Source: Bacteroidaceae bacterium (lineage in GTDB: Bacteria > Bacteroidota > Bacteroidia > Bacteroidales > Bacteroidaceae). From it: a DNA stretch of 64,000 nt. Each line of letters starts with the position of its first letter. Position 1 is the first letter of the stretch. Of the stretch, positions 48,083 to 57,015 are shown piece after piece. The translations under genes were made by a program, and so were the position numbers. Location: assembly GCA_017448965.1 (NCBI GenBank), contig JAFSKK010000058.1, positions 961 to 64,960 of the forward strand. Direction: 5' to 3'. The notes under the pieces were generated by a model. The model saw nothing but the letters and a program-made list of their open reading frames with translations, was not told the DNA's origin and searched no databases.

Positions 48083-50557
48083 CTATTGATTCACCTGATA
48101 GGCTGACTCATCCATGAACAGATAAGAAGGCTTGTAGCCACCAAAGTCGATGACCAGTTTCTCGAACACGAGTCCTGGATGCTGCGGACGAAGCGTCAAC
48201 TCGTGGCTGCCATCCTTTCCAACTGACAGTTCCACCTCTTTCTCGATGACGCGGCGAGCCACCGTGGGATAGAACACTGAGTACATATAAGGTTGCTTGT
48301 CGAGTAGCGTCTTGTTGAAGTTGATGGTTTCGGGTTGCCCGCCGTCGAGGCTCACCCGACACTCATGACCGCCCACATTGAGGAAATCGAGGGTCGATTT
48401 GACAATGATGCGCACCTTCACCTTCTTCGTTCCATCGGGCAAGTTGAAGCGGTAAGTCAGCGAAGCATCGCCAACAGGTTGCGTGTAGGGGGTTAAGGCC
48501 ACAGCGCTGCGAGTACGTCCATAATACGGATAAACACTCCATTGGGTGCCCTTCGGAGCCTCGGCACGATAGTAGTGCTCGGCTTCCATCGATACATAAC
48601 CCTCACTCGCCTGGAAGGTGTAACCACCCTTCACATCGGTAGGCACAGCAGTGGTGGAAGGCAACATGTCTTTTGGGAATCTGTCATCCCAACTGGTGTA
48701 ACCGATATGCTTCTGTATCATCATGCCGTTCCACTTGCCGCCAGCAATATCGCGGTTATAGGAAGCACAGAGTAGCGAGTCGCGCTGGAAGCATCGCTTC
48801 ACCTCTGCTGCCCACTCATTGGCATCAGGACTTCCCTTTTTGGCCAGGTGCTGATTCATCGCCTGCGCATAGTACATATCGTAGAGGTTGGCCATTGCCT
48901 GCACGGGGAAGAGGATGAGTTGGCGATAGAAATCGCGGGCATCAGCAGGAATCTCCTGATACTGGCGCAGGGCACGCAATTCGAGGCGCTGGTAGGCATC
49001 GGCCACCTGACGCCATTCACCCGTCTCCACATTGTAGGTCTTGGCATCGAGCATCTCAGGCGTGACACGAGCCATATACTGACAATTGCGGTTATAGATG
49101 TCGGCTGCCTCATCTGCCACCTCATCGTTGAACACGCTGCTGAAGAATCGTCGTGTGTGGTCTTTCACTGTCTGCTGGGTGTATTCCTTCGGATTCCACG
49201 CCATATCCATGAAGAGCGTGATGGGATATTCCATCGGCTTCAAGTCACCCACATTGAGAATCCACATACGCTGGATGCCGAAGTCGTAAGCCAACGAGAG
49301 CTGCTCGAACATCTGCTGTGTCTGCGTCACATTAATCCACTTCGAGTTGCGGGGAGCGCCCACATAATCCACATGATAGTAGATGCCCCATCCACCCTTT
49401 CGGGCACGTTCCTCTTTGGTGACAGGCACACGCCGGATGTTTCCCCAGTTGTCGTCGCTGATGAGAATCATCACATCGTCGGGCACTTTGAGACCTGCAT
49501 CGTAGTAGTCCTGCACCTCCTTGTAGAGTGCCCACACCTGTGTGGTTTTCTCCGCAGGTTGACCCGTCACTTCCTTGATGATATTGCGCTGGTTGGTGAT
49601 GATGCTCTCCATCAACTTCGTGTCGGCCGTCTCACTCATGGCGGCATCGCCGTCACCTCGCATACCGATAGTCACGATGTCTTCGGTACCCTTCATGCGC
49701 TCGATGCCCTCACGGAAGAACTGGTCAAGTTTCTCCTTGTTGGTCTCGTAGTTCCAAGCTCCCCACTCCTTGCGGTTGCGCGCATATTCCTGATGGTTGC
49801 GTGCCATCGGTTCATGGTGCGAAGTTCCCATCATGACACCCATGCGGTCGGCCAACTTGCCATTCTCAGGGTCATCGGCATAGAAAGCCCACCCCCACAT
49901 GGCAGGCCACATCATGTTGCCCTTCAGACGGAGAATCAGTTCAAACACCTTCTCATAGAACGCGTGCCCTCCATAGTTGGTGCCAAAGGTGTTCTTCACC
50001 CATGTGGTCAGACACGGAGCCTCATCGTTCAGGAAGATGCCACGGAACTCCACCGCTGGCTCCCCGTCGGTGTAGGTGCCTTTCACGACGTAGGCATTGT
50101 CGTGCTTGCGGGCAGGAGCATCTGCCCACCAATACCAGGGTGACACACCCAACTGGCGGCTCAGTTCGTAGATGCCGTAGATGGTGCCGCGCTTGTCGCT
50201 GCCTGCAATGACAACCTTCTCGCCCACCGTCGTGATAATATACTTCTCGCGCTTGCCCTTCAGGTCAGCAAGTTTCAGTTTGTCAATCTCCTTGTTCTTG
50301 CCCAAGGTGCCAATCAGAATGGTGGGGTTGTCAGCCGATTCGGCAGGCACAAAACCCATCACCCGATTCATGTCCTCACGGAGATTCTGAATCGCGATTT
50401 TCACTCCTTCATACTCTTGTTCACTGTAACCGATGGTGGCACCCTTCAATGATACAGCATTTCCCTGCTGAGCATAAGTGACAAACGGTTCTGCAGCCAG
50501 CATCCCGTTGCACACAGCAAAGAATGCGATAAGCACTGTCAATGTTGTACGTATCAT
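48083..50557 (-). CDS. glycoside hydrolase family 115, copy 2 (tandem paralogue)
   Basis: Start MIRTTLTVLIAFFAV at 50557. It has the same motifs (GSDKRGTIYGIYELSRQLGVSPWYWWADAP, MGTSHHEPM) and lies 9 nt from copy 1. Confidence 0.85.
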   Translation of the reverse strand: MIRTTLTVLIAFFAVCNGMLAAEPFVTYAQQGNAVSLKGATIGYSEQEYEGVKIAIQNLREDMNRVMGFVPAESADNPTILIGTLGKNKEIDKLKLADLKGKREKYIITTVGEKVVIAGSDKRGTIYGIYELSRQLGVSPWYWWADAPARKHDNAYVVKGTYTDGEPAVEFRGIFLNDEAPCLTTWVKNTFGTNYGGHAFYEKVFELILRLKGNMMWPAMWGWAFYADDPENGKLADRMGVMMGTSHHEPMARNHQEYARNRKEWGAWNYETNKEKLDQFFREGIERMKGTEDIVTIGMRGDGDAAMSETADTKLMESIITNQRNIIKEVTGQPAEKTTQVWALYKEVQDYYDAGLKVPDDVMILISDDNWGNIRRVPVTKEERARKGGWGIYYHVDYVGAPRNSKWINVTQTQQMFEQLSLAYDFGIQRMWILNVGDLKPMEYPITLFMDMAWNPKEYTQQTVKDHTRRFFSSVFNDEVADEAADIYNRNCQYMARVTPEMLDAKTYNVETGEWRQVADAYQRLELRALRQYQEIPADARDFYRQLILFPVQAMANLYDMYYAQAMNQHLAKKGSPDANEWAAEVKRCFQRDSLLCASYNRDIAGGKWNGMMIQKHIGYTSWDDRFPKDMLPSTTAVPTDVKGGYTFQASEGYVSMEAEHYYRAEAPKGTQWSVYPYYGRTRSAVALTPYTQPVGDASLTYRFNLPDGTKKVKVRIIVKSTLDFLNVGGHECRVSLDGGQPETINFNKTLLDKQPYMYSVFYPTVARRVIEKEVELSVGKDGSHELTLRPQHPGLVFEKLVIDFGGYKPSYLFMDESAYQVNQ

Positions 50558-50595
50558 AATTTCAAAGTTTTCCTTACAAATAGTTTTTGGCGCTA

Positions 50596-50603
50596 CAAAG
50601 GTA
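50596..50603 (-). promoter_or_regulatory. -7 promoter box TACCTTTG for the GH115 pair
   Basis: Reverse complement of CAAAGGTA, about 40 nt upstream of the ATG at 50557. This argues against the ORF-track start at 50635. Confidence 0.5.
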
Positions 50604-50755
50604 CAACGATGAGGGAGAAAGCCACAACAGCACACGTTTCACAAACTTTACCATAAGTTACATAACACACTCAGGGGCTGCATCGTCGCCTCATACGAAA
50701 CAACAACACATCCCCTGAGTAACCTTGAAAGCAGGAGAATTATCTTTGCATCTCC

Positions 50756-52576
50756 CTATTTCTTGAATAATTTCTTTCCGTTCTTGATGTAGATGCCCCT
50801 TGTCGATGGACCATTTTCAATTTGATGGCCTTGCAGGTTGTAGAGGACACCTGATGCACCTTTGGTATCCGACACACGCTGAATGCCCGTCACTTCCTCC
50901 TCCGTGAGGGTGCGCAGCACAATGTTGCTGATGGCAATATCGTCGGTGGTTTTCTTGCGTATGAAGGAAAGCTTGTACTGCCCGAAGTCATCGTTATTGA
51001 TGTCGAAGTAGATGGTGACATCCTCGCCCACATTGACGGTCTTGTTGAACACCGTCTTCGAGGTCTGGAAACGCGTCATTTTCACGCTCACGGTCTTGCC
51101 CTCCTCGCCATCGGCTCTGAAGGAAAGCTTGTAGTGACCCGTGGTGAGTTGCAGCGATGGATACACATTCTGGTTGGCATCCGTCTTCGAGCCCTGTCCG
51201 AACGCCAGGAGCGTCGTGCCGCTCTTCACCGTCCAGCCATGCGTCTTAGGCGTGAATCCCTCCTCCTCAACACGAGGCATCCACTTCAAGGTGGGGTCGC
51301 AAGGCGAGTCGAGGGTGTACCGACGGAAGAAGCGCCACATCGTGAGCGACGAGTTGCCGTCCTCCGTGTTGGTCGTGAAGTCATTATGCCCCATGCCGTC
51401 AATTTCGTAGTAGATGTAGGGGAAACTGCCCTCTGTGGCTTCATACACGCTCTTGTCGTACTTGCCGCTCACCGCGCTCTTCACAGGAACTGGATTGGCA
51501 CCCATACGTGCCACCATCTCATCGACGATGGTCGGCATGAGCGAATACTTCACAAAATTGTCACCCTTTCCGTGGATATGCAGGAAAGGCACAGGACGTG
51601 CGCCCACATGACGCAGATGGAACTCATTGAGCGGGAAGCCGCTGATGCTGGCAAAGGCGGCAAACACATCGCTGCACACATTCGCCATCGCATAGGTGTT
51701 CATGCCTCCGTTGGAGAATCCGCAGCAATACACGCGCTTGCGGTCAATCCCGTAGTTCTCTGCCAGTTCATCCACAATCGCCCTGATGAAGGCTGCATCG
51801 GCATTATCCTCACCCGACGCATCCCATCCTGTGGTGTTTCCTCCAAACACAGGGAAGAAGATTTCGTCACCCTGCGGATAGGCAATGATGAACTTCGCCG
51901 TATCGGCAATCTCGTTGAAGTGTGGACTCTGATCGTCCATCTTGCCGCTGGCGCCATGCATGGCCACCACCAACGGAGCACCCGACGGACACCCCTTTGG
52001 CACATAGAGCCTGTACTGCCGCTGCTTGCTGCCCACGGTGATGCCCACCACCTCATTGATGGTGCCACCCTCGCTCACGTAGTATGCATCCGTCACCACG
52101 ACCGAAGCATTCTTCGAATTGTCGTCACGGGCACCACCATAGATGGTCAAGTCCTGAATCTTCGTGATGTCGCAGTTACCCCATGTCACACCCTCCAGAT
52201 TGATGTCGATGTCACCATTCTCATCAGGCGAAACCACAAACTCATTCGTGGGGCCATTCGGTGGGAACGACCCGTCGTTCTTCTTAAACACCACCCTCAA
52301 CTGCTTCGCACTGGCATTCGTGAAATTCTCCACATGCAGATGCAGGCGTGTCCAGCCGCTCAGGTCGCCGCTGATGCCCTCGGCAGCCATGAACGTCCAT
52401 GCAGAATTGGAACCACCCAATCCCCAAGTGAAGGTGTTGGTGCTCGCGTTCCATGTAGCGGCACAATAGTCCTCCGTTCTGAACGTCAGCGCCTGTTTCT
52501 TTTCGGCATACACCCCTGTTGCCATACAGGAGAACAGCACCAGCGTAAGCCATAATTTCATCATACTTCTTTTCAT
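50756..52576 (-). CDS. secreted esterase (PHB-depolymerase/feruloyl-esterase-type, CE1-like) with N-terminal CBM-like domain and T9SS C-terminal sorting domain
   Basis: 606 aa with a signal peptide. Pattern: LVVAMHGASG...CCGFSNGGMNTY (nucleophile-elbow-like GFSNGG)...HGKGD. The C-terminus VLYNLQGHQI...GIYIKNGKKLFKK is CTD-like. Confidence 0.7.
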   Translation of the reverse strand: MKRSMMKLWLTLVLFSCMATGVYAEKKQALTFRTEDYCAATWNASTNTFTWGLGGSNSAWTFMAAEGISGDLSGWTRLHLHVENFTNASAKQLRVVFKKNDGSFPPNGPTNEFVVSPDENGDIDINLEGVTWGNCDITKIQDLTIYGGARDDNSKNASVVVTDAYYVSEGGTINEVVGITVGSKQRQYRLYVPKGCPSGAPLVVAMHGASGKMDDQSPHFNEIADTAKFIIAYPQGDEIFFPVFGGNTTGWDASGEDNADAAFIRAIVDELAENYGIDRKRVYCCGFSNGGMNTYAMANVCSDVFAAFASISGFPLNEFHLRHVGARPVPFLHIHGKGDNFVKYSLMPTIVDEMVARMGANPVPVKSAVSGKYDKSVYEATEGSFPYIYYEIDGMGHNDFTTNTEDGNSSLTMWRFFRRYTLDSPCDPTLKWMPRVEEEGFTPKTHGWTVKSGTTLLAFGQGSKTDANQNVYPSLQLTTGHYKLSFRADGEEGKTVSVKMTRFQTSKTVFNKTVNVGEDVTIYFDINNDDFGQYKLSFIRKKTTDDIAISNIVLRTLTEEEVTGIQRVSDTKGASGVLYNLQGHQIENGPSTRGIYIKNGKKLFKK

Positions 52577-52617
52577 GTCGTGATAGTTTTATTGTTCGTC
52601 AATCTCTTACGGCTGCA

Positions 52618-52625
52618 AAGTTACA
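52618..52625 (-). promoter_or_regulatory. -7 promoter box TAACTTTG for the esterase gene
   Basis: Reverse complement of CAAAGTTA, about 42 nt upstream of the ATG at 52576. Confidence 0.4.
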
Positions 52626-53133
52626 CATCTATTTCGGAACTACCCACGTCAGAGCCACATTTTTTCATCTGGCTTGGGAGATTTGTCCTCATTTCGCCAT
52701 CGTGAGAGATGTATTTGCACTTCTTGTTCACATTGATAGGTGTGCTCTTCGGAAAGGCGATGCTATACGCCTTGTCGAGGGCATTCAGGTTCACCTTCCG
52801 CATGCCGATGCCCAGTTTCACGCAGACGATGGCTCTCAGCAATTCGCGGTGCTTGCGTGGATAGAGTTTCGGCGATGGCAGTTCATCCCATCCGCACACC
52901 TCGTCCTCTTCGTTGAGCACGTTCGATGCCTGAAAGCACACCTCCCAAATGAAGTCATCGTCGGCTTCACTTCCGAACCACGATTGCAGCACACGGCGGA
53001 TGCAGAACCGCCTGTACTGCCCCTTGAAGAGGCGCCTTGTGCGCTCCAGCCGAAGCCAGAGCTGCACAAAGCATTCTTGAGTATTTTGAATATCAATCAT
53101 AGCGGTAGCAAATTTTTCACCTTTCATTTTCAC
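52621..53133 (-). CDS. hypothetical protein (island gene)
   Basis: 170-aa ORF with no recognised domain. The first 11 codons are encoded by the heptamer microsatellite, so MIDIQNT at 53100 is an alternative start. Confidence 0.45.
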   Translation of the reverse strand: MKMKGEKFATAMIDIQNTQECFVQLWLRLERTRRLFKGQYRRFCIRRVLQSWFGSEADDDFIWEVCFQASNVLNEEDEVCGWDELPSPKLYPRKHRELLRAIVCVKLGIGMRKVNLNALDKAYSIAFPKSTPINVNKKCKYISHDGEMRTNLPSQMKKCGSDVGSSEIDV

Positions 53134-53178
53134 TTTTCATTTTTCACTTTTCACTTTTCACCTTTCACTTTTCACTTC
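53113..53178. repeat. heptamer microsatellite, about nine units of (G)TGAAA(A/G) on the minus strand
   Basis: TTTTCACC TTTCAT TTTCAC TTTTCAT TTTTCAC TTTTCAC TTTTCACC TTTCAC TTTTCAC. It lies between the stop of the 766-aa gene and the next ORF. Confidence 0.85.
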
Positions 53179-53180
53179 TT

Positions 53181-55481
53181 CTATACCTTCCCACCGATTT
53201 TCTGTTTGTATTCAGGCGTCTTGCAGAAGCGTCCGCAAACATCATCATAGGCAATGTATCCTCGGTTCTGCCATACTCGCAGGGTGCTTTCACCGTCACC
53301 TTTACGACCTTGCTGCTGGCGCATCTGGTGGTACTGCTCACGGGTGAACTCATCAGGCAGCAACTCCAGCAGGTTCTGAGGTCCCGACTGACGCTGAATC
53401 TCCACTTCCTCGCGAAGTTCACGTTCCAGTTGCTGACCGAAGTAGAGCATCTTGCACCAGAGATTGTACGACTGGCTCCAGCGGACGAAATCGGCAATCT
53501 CGTGCGACCACTTGTAGCCGTGAGCCACGTAGAGCACCATTCCCTTCAGCCAGGCAATCACGTTGGCACGATAGCTCAAAACTCGGTAGGCTTCGCTCTC
53601 ATACAGTCGGGCGGCGTCCTTGTTCTCCTGCTTCATGTCGAGCGACAGACGCTTGGCTTGCTGACATTCTATCAGCCCGTTGGCAGCCTCCAGACGGTCG
53701 ATATAGGGCTTCAGCTCATTGGCAAACAGATGGTCGTAGATGCCCAGGATAGGTGCCGTGTCATCGTCGTCATCTGAATGGATGATGGTGCTGATGTCGA
53801 GTCGGCTCACCGTGCCGTCATTGACCATTCGTGCAAAAAACTTCCTGGCATTGGGAGGGGTCGTCGAGGCGTTAAAATTCCATCTCAGAGGGGCAATTCC
53901 CGACACCGAATCCGCACCTACACGCTCCTGCCCTGCATCGGAGTTGTCAAACGCTTTTCTGATCAGCAACCCCACCTCATCGACCGTTCCCTTCGAGGTC
54001 ACCTTCTTCAAGGCCTCAATCTCGTCCACGATGGTGTAGATGAAACGCTGGCCGTTGTTGTGGGCATCGATGATGCGCTGGTTGAAGACCGCATCTGTCA
54101 GGTTGTCGATGAGCATCTGGATGCAGATGTCTGTCGGACGCGGGGCTTTCTTCTGCTTCGCACCCGGATTCTTCTGCTTCCAATCGGCCTCGCGCTGGCG
54201 GTTGGGGATGTCGCGCTGCTTGATGTCCTCCATGATGTACTCGATGGGCTTCTTGATGGTGCCCTTGCCGATACTCTGACGGCCAATCAAGACATTCATG
54301 AAGGTTGCCTCATGCTCCACGTTGTCCCAGTAGCGGAACTTCACGCCGTGCAGGTGAACACCCAGTGCTGGGAACACCGCATTAGCTACAGCAGGCTTGT
54401 AGAACCAGGGGACGTTCTTCGTCAGCAACTTCACCAGTGGCGGCAACTTCTTCGGCATCGGAGGAGGTGTGGTGAGCGTACCGCCACAAGCCTTCACACC
54501 TGCCTGCGACTTCAATGCCTGCAACACCTGCTTCAATCGGTACGGCATACCCTTCTTCGGCTCCTTCAGCGCGTTCTCGATGGTCTTGCGCCATTCGGCC
54601 ACATCCTCCTGGTTCTGGGTTCCCCAATAGTTCGGAATGATCTGCATCATCTTCTCCAACGAATATCCGCAGATGCTTCTCAGCGTCACAGCCAGCTCGA
54701 ACGTCAGCACATTGCGGTCGCCATCCACAGGCTCCTTGCCGTCGTTGAACAGCTCCCAATACTTCTGAATGATGTCCTTAAACAGCATCCCGTTGTACCT
54801 CGCGTCAGGGTCATAGGGAACCGATGTCAGAGGGCTGATGTTTGATGTCTGAGAGACAGCCTTTTCGGAACTGTAACACTGTAACACTGTAACATTTTCT
54901 GTTTCTCTCATCTCCACAGGTGTTGTATCAAAAATCTCGTCGTCCAGAAACAGCAACTCATCGTCATCAGCAGTCGTTGTGAAGAACACCCTCGTGATGT
55001 CCTTGGCACCCTCGTCGAACTTCACGCCCAGCACGTCGCTTGCCCACCGCAGGTTCTCCTCCTGTGAGAGGTCCTCATGGCGACGGAACACCAGATGGTA
55101 GCCCTTCGATGCCGAACGCTCCAGCATGAGCAACCCCAATGCCTCCCGTTTTTCCATCACGAGTTCTGGCACACACTTCATCTTCTCTTCCATCCAAGCC
55201 TTCTTTTCCTCCTCCGAAAGCCCTGCGGGAGCCACGAAGTCGATATCCATGCCCACCGAACGCGATGCCGTCTTGCACCCCTTCAGGGCACCATCCTCGC
55301 CGGGGATGCACGAGTAGTTCATCTGAATGAGCCGATGCTTCTGCCGGGTGTCGCCCTCTCTCACCGTCTTCAGAATTGCCTTCTGTTTCTCACTGCCACG
55401 CAGACGCAGATACTCGTCTCGTGAGAGGACGGGGCGCATCACCTTCGCCCCATCCTGATATGTTACAAAATATACACTCAT
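53181..55481 (-). CDS. VirE/BT4734-like primase-helicase-type protein
   Basis: 766 aa. The N-terminal roughly 190 aa follow the BT4734/VirE_N pattern (...REGDTRQKHRLIQMNYSC...SRSVGMDIDF). The central region has a P-loop-like LIGRQSIGKGT resembling VirE/D5 NTPases. Confidence 0.5.
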   Translation of the reverse strand: MSVYFVTYQDGAKVMRPVLSRDEYLRLRGSEKQKAILKTVREGDTRQKHRLIQMNYSCIPGEDGALKGCKTASRSVGMDIDFVAPAGLSEEEKKAWMEEKMKCVPELVMEKREALGLLMLERSASKGYHLVFRRHEDLSQEENLRWASDVLGVKFDEGAKDITRVFFTTTADDDELLFLDDEIFDTTPVEMRETENVTVLQCYSSEKAVSQTSNISPLTSVPYDPDARYNGMLFKDIIQKYWELFNDGKEPVDGDRNVLTFELAVTLRSICGYSLEKMMQIIPNYWGTQNQEDVAEWRKTIENALKEPKKGMPYRLKQVLQALKSQAGVKACGGTLTTPPPMPKKLPPLVKLLTKNVPWFYKPAVANAVFPALGVHLHGVKFRYWDNVEHEATFMNVLIGRQSIGKGTIKKPIEYIMEDIKQRDIPNRQREADWKQKNPGAKQKKAPRPTDICIQMLIDNLTDAVFNQRIIDAHNNGQRFIYTIVDEIEALKKVTSKGTVDEVGLLIRKAFDNSDAGQERVGADSVSGIAPLRWNFNASTTPPNARKFFARMVNDGTVSRLDISTIIHSDDDDDTAPILGIYDHLFANELKPYIDRLEAANGLIECQQAKRLSLDMKQENKDAARLYESEAYRVLSYRANVIAWLKGMVLYVAHGYKWSHEIADFVRWSQSYNLWCKMLYFGQQLERELREEVEIQRQSGPQNLLELLPDEFTREQYHQMRQQQGRKGDGESTLRVWQNRGYIAYDDVCGRFCKTPEYKQKIGGKV
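54859..54894. repeat. ACTGTAAC octamer-triplet repeat, copy A (inside the primase-like gene)
   Basis: GCCTTTTCGGAACTGTAACACTGTAACACTGTAACA. It encodes the linker VTVLQCYS and matches 61343-61380 in the same orientation. Confidence 0.9.
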
Positions 55482-55505
55482 ACGTCATTCACAGTTTTAA
55501 GAGTT

Positions 55506-55889
55506 TTACCACTGAGTCTCCGTGCGTCTCGTCTTGATGAACGCTGCCTGTTCCTCCGCTTCCTCCCGATGCAATGCCTCGATGAGAGCCTTGCCCAGTT
55601 TCTTGGGGAATCGCAGCAGGAAAATCACGCTCTCCTGCGTCTCCTTCACCTCGCCATGTGCAGTCGTGAAGAGCCTTGTGTAGCGGCTTCCGCTGTCCTT
55701 CGCATACGGGTGAAAATGGCTTGTTCCCGATTCGTCGGTCACCATCCGTCCCTTCTGACTTGCTTCGTTACCTCCCACCACGATGTGCTGTCCCAACTCG
55801 AACGCACAAGGAAAGATGTTGATGCCACCGTTCTGGCAGAAAACTGTCTGTGTCTCCATCTGGAGATTGTTAATGAAAATGTTGTTCAT
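55506..55889 (-). CDS. hypothetical protein
   Basis: 127-aa ORF, 24 nt upstream of the primase-like gene on the same strand. No recognised domain. Confidence 0.45.
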   Translation of the reverse strand: MNNIFINNLQMETQTVFCQNGGINIFPCAFELGQHIVVGGNEASQKGRMVTDESGTSHFHPYAKDSGSRYTRLFTTAHGEVKETQESVIFLLRFPKKLGKALIEALHREEAEEQAAFIKTRRTETQW

Positions 55890-56130
55890 GTTGTGATACT
55901 TCTAATTTTAATTTGAGAATTAAAAGCATCGTGCGCACGTTGCCGTAGTCAATGAAGATGTGTTTGCAACCACATGCTTCATGTCTGTGAGAGTTTGTCG
56001 GACCATTTCAAACTGATGGCGCAAAAAAACATTGCACCCCCGAAAGTCAGAAGCCATTTGTGTGTGCTTCTTTTCCTTTCGACGGTGCAAAGTTCGGGAG
56101 AATAAAAAATGTGTTTGTTTTAGTAAAACT

Positions 56131-56163
56131 CACAAAAATGTTTTAGTAAAACAACATTTTGTG
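56131..56163 (-). terminator. hairpin terminator at the end of the R-M-linked operon
   Basis: CACAAAAATGTT / AACATTTTGTG stem, 3 nt after the stop at 56167, with a U-containing tail on the minus strand. Confidence 0.45.
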
Positions 56164-56166
56164 AAA

Positions 56167-57015
56167 TCAGTCGTTTTGGGGTAGATTTTCCAATAGTTCA
56201 TCAAAATAATCCTGTATGTCCGATTTGTTTCGTTTATATGCGGCATTCAATAATTGTCCCACATTCGTTTCCTTTTTATTGAAAGCATACCGCATAATTT
56301 GTTTAATGGTCTTTTCTTTGTTTTTTACAGGTTTGCCTTTTCTGTCAACAAACCATTTTGCTTTATACATACAATCGAGCACCACAAGCATGGATGTTTC
56401 TTTGCCATCCGCTATTTTCAAATCAGCGGTTTCAACTCTGGGAGAAGAATCCAGAAGAGACACCTTACCATTGTCCACAGCATTTTCAACCATCTCTTCA
56501 ATCGTATCAGACAAAAACACATCACTCTGTATGTATTCTATAACAACGGCTCTCAATTTCTCTTCGCCTAAACGATAGACATTAGGCATGAATGTATTCC
56601 TCAATTCTTCCATACAGGCATCATGCTCATCCATCTGTTCCATTAGGCACAAAGCAAGGGTGTTATGTAAAGACTTTTTTGTCACAATCAGACACATGGA
56701 AACACAATACATCACCACATTCACAGCAAGAGCCAGTTCCTTTTCTTCTGTTCCATCATCTGACAGATCTCTAAAATCATTGTACATTCTGTCCCAAAGA
56801 TTTCCCATGTTGAAAACAGCCTTGCTCTCATCTTCCTTGATGTCATCAAGAACGGCAAGACACTCCATAAAAACCTCCTCTGCAGAAAGGCGGAACTTTG
56901 CCATCTTTCTACAGAAATGCTCGCAGGGATTCTTCAGGGAAAGATAGATGACATGCTCGCCATATTCATTTCTGACCGCCTCTCTTGCGCTTCTTCTTAG
57001 TCGGTTCCTCATCAT
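56167..57015 (-). CDS. hypothetical protein (operon gene 5, no recognisable domain)
   Basis: 282-aa ORF that overlaps gene 4 by 50 nt. An alternative ATG at 56904 (MAKFRL, 246 aa) would leave a 61-nt gap. No P-loop or nuclease motif seen. Confidence 0.55.
   Translation of the reverse strand: MMRNRLRRSAREAVRNEYGEHVIYLSLKNPCEHFCRKMAKFRLSAEEVFMECLAVLDDIKEDESKAVFNMGNLWDRMYNDFRDLSDDGTEEKELALAVNVVMYCVSMCLIVTKKSLHNTLALCLMEQMDEHDACMEELRNTFMPNVYRLGEEKLRAVVIEYIQSDVFLSDTIEEMVENAVDNGKVSLLDSSPRVETADLKIADGKETSMLVVLDCMYKAKWFVDRKGKPVKNKEKTIKQIMRYAFNKKETNVGQLLNAAYKRNKSDIQDYFDELLENLPQND

Noticed and set aside
48848-50143. 431-aa plus-strand ORF inside the second GH115 gene
   Set aside because: The same artefact: antisense to a well-supported CDS, with no recognisable domain.
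50669-50720. Hairpin ACTCAGGGG...CCCCTGAGT as the terminator of the esterase gene
   Set aside because: The stem has a 34-nt loop and no T-run on the minus strand, which is too weak to call.
53113-53178. CRISPR array (also considered for 12040-12121, 42422-42461 and 3911-3980)
   Set aside because: The units are 7-21 bp and directly adjacent, with no unique spacers, and there are no cas genes. These are micro/minisatellites.
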